A DNA stretch of 64,000 bases, from positions 3,312,557 to 3,376,556 of the forward strand of contig OZ255847.1 of the NCBI GenBank assembly GCA_965277855.1, read 5' to 3'. The notes below the pieces were generated by a model, which worked only from the letters and a program-made list of their open reading frames with translations, was not told the DNA's origin and did no database searches. Both the position numbers and the translations under genes were made by a program. This DNA comes from Bryobacteraceae bacterium (lineage in GTDB: Bacteria; Acidobacteriota; Terriglobia; Bryobacterales; Bryobacteraceae). Below, one piece after another: positions 48,786-59,391 of this stretch (its first letter is position 1; each line of letters opens with the position of its first letter).

Positions 48786-48956
48786 CTAAGCAACCCAGCC
48801 AGCCGGAGCCAGCCAGCGAAACAGGAAGAAATGTCTTCCGCAAAGGGTGCACCGGAACGGCAGAAGCAGCCAGTGCACAGCCTTTTCAATGGTATTGCGA
48901 ACTCCTACACTGCGAAAGTCAACCGACTTGCAATGCGGACAGCATGAGGAGAGCAT
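48786..48956 (-). CDS. small zinc-ribbon-like protein (possible)
   Basis: 56 aa counted from the ATG at 48956, 5 nt downstream of the groEL stop. It has two CxxC pairs (CPHCKS ... CTLCGRHF). The ORF-track version (48786..48992) overlaps the groEL 3' end. Confidence 0.35.
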   Translation of the reverse strand: MLSSCCPHCKSVDFRSVGVRNTIEKAVHWLLLPFRCTLCGRHFFLFRWLAPAGWVA

Positions 48957-48960
48957 GGCC

Positions 48961-50580
<1,620 letters not shown>

Positions 50581-50589
50581 CTACTCGGG

Positions 50590-50886
50590 TTACGCGCTTG
50601 CTTGCAGAATGCCCAGCACGTCATCTTCGCGCATGACGAGATACTCTGTACCATCCAGTTTGGTTTCGCTGCCCGAATACTTTCCAAACAGGATCCGATC
50701 GCCGGCTTTCACGTCCAAGGCGACCAAACTGCCATCATCTAGCCGCTTACCATGTCCAACGGCCATCACCTCACCCTGCTGCGGTTTCTCCTGGGCGGAA
50801 TCGGGGATGATGATGCCGTTCCGGGTGGTTTCCTGCTCCTCGATCCGCTTCACCACGATGCGGTCGTATAAGGGTCGAATATTCAT
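50590..50886 (-). CDS. groES: co-chaperonin GroES
   Basis: 98 aa. [46 protein letters not shown]... It lies immediately upstream of groEL. Confidence 0.95.
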   Translation of the reverse strand: MNIRPLYDRIVVKRIEEQETTRNGIIIPDSAQEKPQQGEVMAVGHGKRLDDGSLVALDVKAGDRILFGKYSGSETKLDGTEYLVMREDDVLGILQASA

Positions 50887-51237
50887 AACTTCGTGAGCTT
50901 GCCTTTCCTAACGTCGTTCTCCCTGGCTTGCCTCTCAGGCAAAGGTCTCGAAAGCGCCTTTCGCGGGCTGCCGCACTTCAACTGGGGAATGGACATTGCA
51001 ACCTCCTCGGTCGCTAGCTGTCTAAGAAGAGGTATTCGGAAAACCCGATCTCAGTTATCCGCAAGTCAGGTAAAGCTCTCTATTAACTAGTATCGGTTAA
51101 GCAACTCTGATTGTCAATCGAGATCTGTCATACTAAATGAGCATACTTTACTTCGGTAAGTTAAGCCCCAGCAACCGCAGCCCGAGTGGACACTGCCCGC
51201 AGGAACGTCTGCCCCGGCCGCAACAGGAAAAATTGGT

Positions 51238-53568
51238 TTGATCGAAACAGTACACCGGCATAGCTTCAACGGCCTGCCTTCTAAAGAAAGTTCCAAAGTC
51301 CGCAAAATCGCGTTTGTCGGCGATTACCTGCCTCGCAAGTGCGGCATCGCCACGTTTACCTCTGACCTGCTCGAAGCCGTTGCCGCGGCGTACCCGCAAA
51401 GCCAGTGTTTGTCGGTGTCGGTCAACGACACTAAAGACGGCTATGAGTACCCGGAAGTAGTTCGGTTCGAGATTGAAGAGCAGGACCTCTCGTCCTATCT
51501 GCGTGCCGCCGACTTTCTCAATATCAGCAACGTAGATATTGTCTGCTTGCAGCACGAGTTTGGTATTTTCGGCGGCTTGGCAGGCGGACATATCCTGGCG
51601 TTCCTGCGCGAATTGAGAATGCCTGTCGTAACCACGCTCCACACTGTCCTGCAGGAACCAAGAGCGGATCAGCGCCGGGTAATGCAGGAACTTATCTCAC
51701 TCTCGACTCGGTTAGTTGTGATGGCTGAACGAGGGCGACGGATGATCGAGGAAATCTATCAGGCGCCTCACAGCAAAATCGATCTGATTCCGCACGGCAT
51801 CCCAGACGTCGGATTTGTGGATCCCACTTACTTCAAAGACCAGTTTGGTGTGGAAGGCAAGATTGTCCTACTCACCTTTGGACTACTTTCGCCTAACAAG
51901 GGAATTGAGAATGTATTGAAGGCGCTCCCCGAGATAGTGGCGGAGTTTCCAGAAGTCGTCTACATCGTCCTCGGTGCGACTCATCCCAATGAACTCCACG
52001 AGCACGGCGAAGCCTATCGGCTCAGTCTCGAAATTCTGGCCAAAAAGAACAAGCTCGAAAAGAATGTTATTTTTTACAACCGCTTTGTTGAGCTGGAGAA
52101 CCTGAAGGAATTCATCGGCGCCGCCGACCTTTACATCACCCCTTATCTGAACGAAGCGCAGATCACTTCAGGCACACTCGCCTACACTTTTGGTGCGGGT
52201 AAAGCAGTTGTGTCTACGCCTTACTGGCACGCCGCGGAACTGCTCGCTGAAGATCGCGGCGTGTTGGTCCCGTTCGGAGATGCGCCCGCCATTGCGCGCG
52301 AGGTCATTGGCCTGTTGAGCGACGATACCCGCCGTCATGCTATTCGCAAGAACGCCTACCGGATCGGCCGCGAGATGGTCTGGAGTAATGTAGCGCAACA
52401 ATACATGCGCTCGTTCGAATTATCCCGTTTGCAGGGAGCTGCGCTCTCGCGCAAGTCTCTCCTCACAAGAACACTCGACCGAAGACCGCGCGAACTGCCG
52501 GAAATCAAGCTGGATCACCTGTCGCAGATGACCGACTCCACCGGCCTTTTCCAACATGCTGTCTTCAGTGTTCCGAACTTCTCCGAAGGCTATTGCACAG
52601 ATGACAATGCCCGCGCCTTTATCCTGGCGGTGTTGCTCGACGAGTTGGGAGAGGACCAGGCGCGCGGGCACGCCATAGCCAGCACCTGCGGCGCCTTTTT
52701 GCATCACGCTTTCGACAGGGCTAAGAACCGCTTCCATAACTTCATGAGCTTCGACCGGCGCTGGCTCGATGAGCAGGGCTCCGAGGACTCGCACGGACGT
52801 GCCTTATGGGCTTTGGGAGTGGGTGTAGGGCGTTCTCCCATTCGCAGCTTTCAAATGATGGCCGGACAACTCTTTCCTCTGGCCTTACCCGCCGTAACAG
52901 AGTTCACCTCGCCTCGCGCCTGGGCCTTCAGTCTCATCGGCATTCATGAATACTTGCGGCGGTTAAGCGGCGACAGCCTTGTCAACCAGACGCGCGACAA
53001 CCTGACTGCCAAGCTCATGGAGCTTTTCAAGAACAGCGCGCGCCCCGACTGGATGTGGTTTGAAAACGAATTGTCCTATGACAACGCGAAACTCGCCCAT
53101 GCCTTAATCTTGAGCGGACGCGCCAGCGGGCAGCCGGAGGTCTTCGAGACAGGTCTGCGCGCCCTGCGCTGGCTCACCGAATTGCAGGTCTCGGAAAAAG
53201 GCCACTTCCGGCCGGTTGGCAGCAACGGCTTCTACACGCGTGGCGGCACTCGCGCCCAATTCGACCAGCAGCCCATCGAAGCTCACGCAACAGTCTCGGC
53301 TTGCCTTGAAGCCTATCGGGCCACCTCGGATTTCTGGTGGTACGAACAAGCGCAGCGCGCCTTCGATTGGTTTATCGGCTGGAACGATCTCGGTCTGGAA
53401 CTCTACTCTCCCGAAACCGGTGGCTGCCGCGACGGCTTGCACGTCGACCGCGTCAACGGAAATCAGGGCGCCGAATCTACCTTGGCCTTTTTGCTTTCGC
53501 TCGCTGAGATGCGCCTGGCGCAAGACATGATTTCCAGCTTTCAGCAACTGGTTGCCGTTGAACAGTAG
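51238..53568 (+). CDS. family 4 glycosyltransferase fused to a ~380-aa C-terminal domain of unknown function
   Basis: 776 aa with a TTG start. The N-terminal half is GT4-like (RKIAFVGDYLPRKCGIATFTSDL..., LLTFGLLSPNKGIE, ITPYLNEAQITSGTLAYTFGAGKAVVSTP). The C-terminal half is helical and unassigned. Confidence 0.75.
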   Translation: MIETVHRHSFNGLPSKESSKVRKIAFVGDYLPRKCGIATFTSDLLEAVAAAYPQSQCLSVSVNDTKDGYEYPEVVRFEIEEQDLSSYLRAADFLNISNVDIVCLQHEFGIFGGLAGGHILAFLRELRMPVVTTLHTVLQEPRADQRRVMQELISLSTRLVVMAERGRRMIEEIYQAPHSKIDLIPHGIPDVGFVDPTYFKDQFGVEGKIVLLTFGLLSPNKGIENVLKALPEIVAEFPEVVYIVLGATHPNELHEHGEAYRLSLEILAKKNKLEKNVIFYNRFVELENLKEFIGAADLYITPYLNEAQITSGTLAYTFGAGKAVVSTPYWHAAELLAEDRGVLVPFGDAPAIAREVIGLLSDDTRRHAIRKNAYRIGREMVWSNVAQQYMRSFELSRLQGAALSRKSLLTRTLDRRPRELPEIKLDHLSQMTDSTGLFQHAVFSVPNFSEGYCTDDNARAFILAVLLDELGEDQARGHAIASTCGAFLHHAFDRAKNRFHNFMSFDRRWLDEQGSEDSHGRALWALGVGVGRSPIRSFQMMAGQLFPLALPAVTEFTSPRAWAFSLIGIHEYLRRLSGDSLVNQTRDNLTAKLMELFKNSARPDWMWFENELSYDNAKLAHALILSGRASGQPEVFETGLRALRWLTELQVSEKGHFRPVGSNGFYTRGGTRAQFDQQPIEAHATVSACLEAYRATSDFWWYEQAQRAFDWFIGWNDLGLELYSPETGGCRDGLHVDRVNGNQGAESTLAFLLSLAEMRLAQDMISSFQQLVAVEQ

Positions 53569-53600
53569 GCGCTCCGCCCTTCCGCCTCTCACACCTGCCC

Positions 53601-55040
53601 ATGCCATTCGACATAAAACGAAGTTCTGTAGTGCTAAACCCGGACCAGTCGCGTGTTCTTCTGCGGCCATTCGAACCAGGCGACGCTGCGCGGGTCGGCC
53701 GGATCATGTCACGGATCCTGGCGCTCCCGGAAGAGCAAATCGGCTCTATCCTGAACGAAGTCACCGGCGAATTTTCTCAGCGTCATGAGCAAATCTGCCA
53801 GCTCTTTCTCGACCGCTACAACGAAGTCTGTCCACTGCTGCCTATCGAGGACGAGATCTCCGCTCAGCGGCGTCTTTTGATCGGCTCCTATTTCCTCGCC
53901 GAGTACTCGCTCGAATCCGCCGCCCTTTTCAATCCGTCCATCATTTCCCATCCCGATCAAACCAATCTGCCGGCGGGCGCTCTGCGCTTTGTCCTGAGCT
54001 TGCGAGCCACCGGTGAGGGTCACATTTCTTCCATCACCTTTCGCACCGGTATCATTCATGCCGATCAGCGGATTGAGGTGGAAGCGCCTGCTCATTTTCT
54101 GACTGAGGCACGTCAAATCCCACACCTGGTCTACGAAAAAGCCCTGTTCGAACGCAAGCTCTTCGAATTACATTTAAACGGTGACTTCACTTGCCGCATC
54201 ATGAGCCGGCTCGGCGATTCCTTTGCGCTCGAAGAGCTTCGCGCTAGTCTCGACGCCGAGACCGCCGAACAGTCCGAGCAGCAAACTACCGCGCAGGGGA
54301 TCTGGCTGCTCGCCCGCTCCAACTACGAGGTCCGTTTCCAACCCGACCAGCCGCTCTCGGAACGCATCCTCTTCCCAGCCACCCCCTCGCAGCGCAACGG
54401 CATCGAAGACGCCCGTTTCGTGCATTTCCAGAAAGATGACGGCGCCTGCGTTTATTACGCCACCTTCACCGCCTTTGACGGCAAAGTCATCATGCCCGAA
54501 CTGCTCGAAACTTCTGATTTCCTGAGCTTTCGCTTCATTACCCTGAACGGGCCCGCCGCCGAAAACAAAGGCATGGCCCTCTTCCCGCGAAAAATCAACG
54601 GGCGCTACGCTATGCTCTCCCGTCAGGACAACGAGAACATCTACCTGATGTTCTCCGACAACATCCATTTCTGGTACGAGCGCCAGCTTCTCCTCCGCCC
54701 TACTTTCCCCTGGGAGCTCGTCCAGCTGGGCAATTGCGGATCTCCTATTGAAACCGAGTCTGGCTGGCTGGTGCTCAGCCACGGCGTTGGCCCGATGCGT
54801 AAGTACTGCATCGGCGCATTTCTTCTGGACCTCGCTGATCCATCAAAGGTCATTGGCCGCCTCCGCGAACCCTTCCTCACACCGAATGAAAACGAACGGG
54901 AGGGCTACGTGCCCAATGTGATCTACACCTGTGGCGCTCTGCTCCATCACGGCGAGCTCGTCATTCCCTATGGCTTGTCCGATCACGCCACTAGCTTCGC
55001 GACCGTCGCGGTCAGAGACCTGTTGTCGGCCATGCAGTAA
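53601..55040 (+). CDS. GH130-family glycosidase/phosphorylase-like protein
   Basis: 479 aa. NGIEDARFVHF...YYATFTAFDG, GMALFPRKINGRYAMLSRQ, SPIETESGWLVLSHGVG, YVPNVIYTCGAL...VIPYGLSD resemble the GH130 (mannoside phosphorylase-like) five-bladed propeller. Confidence 0.75.
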   Translation: MPFDIKRSSVVLNPDQSRVLLRPFEPGDAARVGRIMSRILALPEEQIGSILNEVTGEFSQRHEQICQLFLDRYNEVCPLLPIEDEISAQRRLLIGSYFLAEYSLESAALFNPSIISHPDQTNLPAGALRFVLSLRATGEGHISSITFRTGIIHADQRIEVEAPAHFLTEARQIPHLVYEKALFERKLFELHLNGDFTCRIMSRLGDSFALEELRASLDAETAEQSEQQTTAQGIWLLARSNYEVRFQPDQPLSERILFPATPSQRNGIEDARFVHFQKDDGACVYYATFTAFDGKVIMPELLETSDFLSFRFITLNGPAAENKGMALFPRKINGRYAMLSRQDNENIYLMFSDNIHFWYERQLLLRPTFPWELVQLGNCGSPIETESGWLVLSHGVGPMRKYCIGAFLLDLADPSKVIGRLREPFLTPNENEREGYVPNVIYTCGALLHHGELVIPYGLSDHATSFATVAVRDLLSAMQ

Positions 55041-55057
55041 GCCATTCTAAACACATC

Positions 55058-56083
55058 ATGCATTCCGGCAACCGAGTCGCTGTCCTCTCCCCAGTTGCCT
55101 GGCGTACGCCTCCCCGCCAGTATGGCGCTTGGGAAACGGTGGCCAGCAACATTGCCGAAGGCCTTGTCGCCCGCGGATGGGATGTAACTTTGTTCGCCAG
55201 TGCTGACTCGGTGACCAACGCCAAGTTACACGCCGTTGTCGAACGCGGTTACGAAGAAGATCGGTCTATTGATCCGAAAGTAGCCGAAAATCTGCATATC
55301 TCAGAAGCATTCGAACACGCCGCCGAGTTCGACCTGATTCATAGCCATTACGACTTCATGGCTCTGACTTACAGCAGACTGGTCAAAACGCCCGTACTCA
55401 CCACGATTCACGGTTTTTCCTCGCCCAGAATCATGCCAATTTACGACAAGTATCGCGACGGAAACTTTGTTTCCATCAGCGATGCCGACCGTGCCCCCGG
55501 GCTGAATTACCTGGCCACCGTCTATAACGGTATCGATCTCTCGCTCTACCCTTTGCGTGAATCCGCTGGCGACAATCTGGTTTTCCTGGGCCGGATCCAT
55601 CCGGATAAGGGCGTTCACCTGGCGATCGAGGTGGCCCGCCTGAGCGGCCGCCGCCTCATGATCGCCGGGATCATTCAGGATGAAACGTACTTTCGAACCC
55701 AAATCGAACCGCATCTCAATGAGGACAACATTCGCTATGTCGGACCAGTCGGAATTGCCGAAAAAAACGCCTTATTTGCACAATCATCCGCTTTGCTCCA
55801 TCTGAACACCATCCCTGAACGTTTCGGACTGGTGCTGGCCGAAGCGAACGCGGCAGGCGTTCCGGTGATCGCCATGGACCTGGGTTCCTGCCGCGAGGTG
55901 ATAGAAGACGGCAAAACGGGGTTCTTGGTAAACGATGTAAACCAGGCCGTCCGCGCCCTCGAACGCCTTCCTGAAATCGACCCCGCCGCCTGCCGTCAAA
56001 GGGTCCAGCAGCGCTTTTCCATCGAAACCATGGTCGAAGCCTACGAAAAGGTCTATTCCACGATCCTTGCAGCCCCGCGCTGA
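55058..56083 (+). CDS. family 4 glycosyltransferase
   Basis: 341 aa. VAVLSPVAWRTPPRQYGAWETVASNIAEGLVARGWDVTLFAS, then the C-terminal EX7E-like region ERFGLVLAEANAAGVPVIAMDLGSCREVIEDGKTGFLV. Confidence 0.8.
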   Translation: MHSGNRVAVLSPVAWRTPPRQYGAWETVASNIAEGLVARGWDVTLFASADSVTNAKLHAVVERGYEEDRSIDPKVAENLHISEAFEHAAEFDLIHSHYDFMALTYSRLVKTPVLTTIHGFSSPRIMPIYDKYRDGNFVSISDADRAPGLNYLATVYNGIDLSLYPLRESAGDNLVFLGRIHPDKGVHLAIEVARLSGRRLMIAGIIQDETYFRTQIEPHLNEDNIRYVGPVGIAEKNALFAQSSALLHLNTIPERFGLVLAEANAAGVPVIAMDLGSCREVIEDGKTGFLVNDVNQAVRALERLPEIDPAACRQRVQQRFSIETMVEAYEKVYSTILAAPR

Positions 56084-56105
56084 ACTCCGGTCTTTAATCG
56101 GAGCC

Positions 56106-56195
56106 ATGAGCCACGTCAGTGGCTCTCCCACCGGAAGCACGGAAACCATGAGCCACGTCAGTGGCTCTCCCACCGGAAGCACGGAAACCATGAGC
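56106..56195. repeat. perfect 42-bp tandem duplication (2.1 copies), each unit carrying a 7-bp-stem hairpin
   Basis: The unit atgagccacgtcagtggctctcccaccggaagcacggaaacc occurs at 56106-56147 and 56148-56189, followed by atgagc. The internal palindrome is gagccac-gtca-gtggctc. It lies between two convergent genes. Confidence 0.9.
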
Positions 56196-56242
56196 GAAGC
56201 GATTGGAGTTTGCTCTGCTGTCGGAATCGCACGGACACCTCA

Positions 56243-56761
56243 CTATCCGCCATACACATCCTCCTCCGTACTCCAGATCTCGGTACCGTCCGCAATCCGA
56301 GTAAGACTCATCGTCAAACGGTATTGCTTGCCGGCTCTGGGCGGCTGCGCATCGAACTTCGAAAAAGTCGGGACATAGCCGCCCTTCGGTATCTGTATTC
56401 GCACCGGATCGCCACCCGGCCAGCACGAGCCCTGATAGTACTCAAGAAGTTTCTGCCGCAGCCGCCGTGCATCGTTCCGCACAATCGGGTCCATCCCGGG
56501 CTCGAACGTCGCGCTCCGGTCAAACACGGAAATGCCGACGCTGTACTCGCACAGTTCATGGGCGCGGCCGGCCAGTGTCTCTTCCACCACGAACCGCAAA
56601 AACCGCCTCATCCGTCCCGCATTCACGAAACCGGCACTCTGCAGGATTCTCGCAAGCTGGTTCCGTATCGCCTCTGCAGGCACCCTTCGAGACTTCTCAA
56701 TGACCGGGAAACGCACCGGGAAAACGTTTGCGCGCAACGGAAACGGAACGGCTGGATTCAT
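56243..56761 (-). CDS. stand-alone OmpR/CadC-type winged-helix-like protein
   Basis: 172 aa. LARILQSAGFVNAGRMRRFLRFVVEETLAG...GISVFDRSATFEPGMDPIVRNDARRLRQKLLEYYQ...VRIQIPKGGYVPTF is paralogous to the N-terminus of the divergent 636-aa protein. It resembles the Trans_reg_C pattern. Confidence 0.55.
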   Translation of the reverse strand: MNPAVPFPLRANVFPVRFPVIEKSRRVPAEAIRNQLARILQSAGFVNAGRMRRFLRFVVEETLAGRAHELCEYSVGISVFDRSATFEPGMDPIVRNDARRLRQKLLEYYQGSCWPGGDPVRIQIPKGGYVPTFSKFDAQPPRAGKQYRLTMSLTRIADGTEIWSTEEDVYGG

Positions 56762-56925
56762 GGAATTACTTTCCTCGTCTGTGTAAAGGTACGAACAGTT
56801 AACTTGGTTTGGAAAGGTAAGAGCGGGAGTCCCAGGAGTATAAACAGAGGTATGATTTGCTTCTTACTTGGGGTAGAATTACAAGGCCACTGACCTATTC
56901 GCGCAACTAAATTGGCTTCTTGAGT

Positions 56926-58836
56926 ATGCAAGCTACGAAGCACCAGTTACCTGTACCGGAAGACCGGGTGCGCGTCTATTTGAAAAAGATCCTCGCCAGT
57001 CCCGGCTTCTTTCGTGCGGCGCGGATGCAACGCTTTCTCACCTTCGTCATCGAGGGACGGCTCTCCGGCAAAGATCACTCCGAAGATCTGAAAGAAAGTG
57101 TCATCGGGATGGCGGTATTCGACCGTGATCCCGATTACGACCCCAAGAGCGATCCGGTGGTGCGCGTTGAAGCGCGCCGCCTTCGCAGCAAATTGGACGA
57201 ATACTACGAAGGCCCAGGCAAAGAAGATGCGGTTCGCATCGAGCTTCCCAAAGGCTCCTATGCGCCGGTTTGGGATTGGCAGGGCGAGCCGGAAAAGCCC
57301 GTCGAGAAAATCACCCAGCCCGCGAAGAACCGCTGGTTAGTGCCGGGTCTGCTGGCTGTTGGCTTCGTTTTGGCTGCGCTGCTCATACTGTTGACCGTCA
57401 AAGGCGAGTGGCGCGAACGATTCTTGGCGGCCGGTCGTTTCACCGTTCCGGAATTAAGGATCCATTCTTTGGCGGTGCTGCCTTTTCGCAATCTCTCGTC
57501 CGATGCCAAACAGGAATACTTGATCAGCGGATTGACAGACGAGATCACTACCGATCTCGCCAAAATCCGCAGCCTCACCGTCATTTCGCGAACGTCCACC
57601 GATCAATATCGAAACTCGACTAAGAGCCTTCCCGCGATCGCCCGTGAACTCCATGTCGACGCCGTCGTCGAAGGCACTGTTCGAACCTCCAAGGATCGCG
57701 TGCGAGTCACTGCTCAGCTCATCAAAGCAGCCACCGACAGTCATCTTTGGGCCGAAACCTACGAGCGTGACGCCGGCGACATCTTTGCTCTGCAGTCCGA
57801 TATTTCGCAAGATATTGCCGAACAGATTGGTGTCACACTAAGCCCTTCCAGCAACAAGAATGCGAACGAACGCCCTAACAGCCGTGAGGCCTACGAGGAC
57901 TATCTTCGAGGACGTTACTTCTGGAACAAGCGCACTCTGGATGGGCTGGAGAAGTCAATCGCCTGGTACCGGAAGGCAACTCAAATCGATCCGGCTTACG
58001 CAAATGCCTACGCCGCGCTCGCCGACTCTTACGTTCTGTTGAGTTCCTACGGCGGTCCGTCTCCTGCCGAATCGCTTTTGCGAGGCCGAGCTGCCGGCGA
58101 GCAGGCCTTACGTTTGGACAATAGTCTCGCCCAGGCTTACACCGCATTGGCCGCCGTCAAAATCGACTACGACTGGGACTGGCAGGGCGCCACCCGCGAA
58201 TTCGAGCGCGCGCTCGAACTAAGCCCCGGCTACCCGACTGCCCATCACTGGTACGCCCTTCACCTTTCCCGCTTAGGACGCCATAAAGAAGCCGAGCGCC
58301 AGATTCAACGCGCGCTTGAACTCGATCCGCTCTCGCTCATCATCAATACCGATGCCGGCGAAGTGTTTAGCTATGCCCGCAAGCCGGAGAAAGCGCTGGC
58401 GCATGTCCGCCGGGCACTCGACCTCGATCCAAACTTCGCCGAAGCGCATCTCGTTCTCGGCAAGATCTATCTGCAGCAGCACGATTTCACGAAAGCGATC
58501 GCGGAATTCGACACCGCCAACCGGCTCTTCGGAGACACGCCGAACGTCTGGGCCCTCAAAGGCAACGCTCTCGCCCGCGCCGGAGAACGCACCGAAGCAT
58601 TGAAGATCGTCGAGAAGCTTGAAGCGACTGCCAAAGAACGCTACGTCTCAGGCGTCGACATTGCCATTGTGTATTGTGGCCTTAACGATCACAAAAACGC
58701 CATGCGCTGGCTGGATGACGCCTACCAGAATCGCGGCAAAGGACTCAACATTATTGGCGCCGACCCGCTGTTCGACGGATGCCGCTCCGATCCGGCATTC
58801 CTGGCCCTGTTAAAACGCCTCAAGCTGAGCCGCTAA
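56926..58836 (+). CDS. membrane-anchored winged-helix / TPR-repeat regulator-like protein
   Basis: About 636 aa counted from the ATG at 56926 (ORF-track TTG at 56920). It has an N-terminal wHTH-like domain (see the paralogue). It also has one TM helix (WLVPGLLAVGFVLAALLILL) and a periplasmic region with several TPR-like repeats (AYANAYAALADSYVLL, AQAYTALAAV, AEAHLVLGKIYLQQ...). Confidence 0.7.
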   Translation: MQATKHQLPVPEDRVRVYLKKILASPGFFRAARMQRFLTFVIEGRLSGKDHSEDLKESVIGMAVFDRDPDYDPKSDPVVRVEARRLRSKLDEYYEGPGKEDAVRIELPKGSYAPVWDWQGEPEKPVEKITQPAKNRWLVPGLLAVGFVLAALLILLTVKGEWRERFLAAGRFTVPELRIHSLAVLPFRNLSSDAKQEYLISGLTDEITTDLAKIRSLTVISRTSTDQYRNSTKSLPAIARELHVDAVVEGTVRTSKDRVRVTAQLIKAATDSHLWAETYERDAGDIFALQSDISQDIAEQIGVTLSPSSNKNANERPNSREAYEDYLRGRYFWNKRTLDGLEKSIAWYRKATQIDPAYANAYAALADSYVLLSSYGGPSPAESLLRGRAAGEQALRLDNSLAQAYTALAAVKIDYDWDWQGATREFERALELSPGYPTAHHWYALHLSRLGRHKEAERQIQRALELDPLSLIINTDAGEVFSYARKPEKALAHVRRALDLDPNFAEAHLVLGKIYLQQHDFTKAIAEFDTANRLFGDTPNVWALKGNALARAGERTEALKIVEKLEATAKERYVSGVDIAIVYCGLNDHKNAMRWLDDAYQNRGKGLNIIGADPLFDGCRSDPAFLALLKRLKLSR

Positions 58837-58858
58837 GTCCAACTCTCAAGAAGCCACC

Positions 58859-59363
58859 GGTGCAGATTGAACTTGTCCCCTCCGCACCAGAACAAGAATC
58901 TGTTCTTGCAAACTTGCTCGAACTGTACATACACGATTTCAGCGAATTTCATCACTTGGAGTTAGCGGCCACTGGCCGCTTCGGATACCCCCATCTTGCG
59001 CTGTATTGGAGTGAGAGCGATCGTCATGCCTTTCTCGTCAAAGTTGATGACAAACTGGCTGGGCTGGTCCTGGTCAAGAAGGGGTCTGAACTGTCTCCCG
59101 GCGAGGCTGTCTGGGATATGGCAGAGTTCTTCATCGTTCGCGCCCACCGCAGGCAGGGAATTGGAATGAAGATAGCGCACCAAGTATGGAGCAGATTTCC
59201 GGGCCGTTGGGAAATCCGCGTCATTCAGTCGAATCGCTCCGGCCTGAATTTCTGGCAGCAGGCTATCACAAATTTTAGCGGCGAGCCGGTCCATCCGGTT
59301 CGCCTGGAAAAAAATGGCGAACACTGGTCCCTTTTTGCTTTCGAATCCCCTGAATTGCGTTAA
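58859..59363 (+). CDS. GNAT family N-acetyltransferase
   Basis: Acetyl-CoA motif VRAHRRQGIGMKIAHQV. I chose the GTG at 58859 to avoid a 58-nt overlap with the upstream gene. The ORF-track start is 58779, so the start is uncertain. Confidence 0.6.
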
Positions 59364-59391
59364 CTTAGGGTGTGAACAAAAGGCGAACAGC

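Noticed and set aside
50887-51237. CIRCE operator (ttagcactc-N9-gagtgctaa) or sigma32-type promoter upstream of groES
   Set aside because: I could not find a CIRCE-like inverted repeat, or a convincing CTTGAA...CCCCAT pair with correct spacing, in the 350-bp upstream region.
56106-56195. Possible mini CRISPR array
   Set aside because: The two units are directly adjacent with no spacers, and no cas genes are present.
56067-56426. ORFs 56067..56378 (+) and 56094..56426 (-) encoding duplicated peptides such as MSHVSGSPTGSTET
   Set aside because: They stay open only because the 42-bp repeat is a multiple of 3. They have no start context and overlap the 3' end of a real convergent gene. I treat the region as a non-coding repeat.
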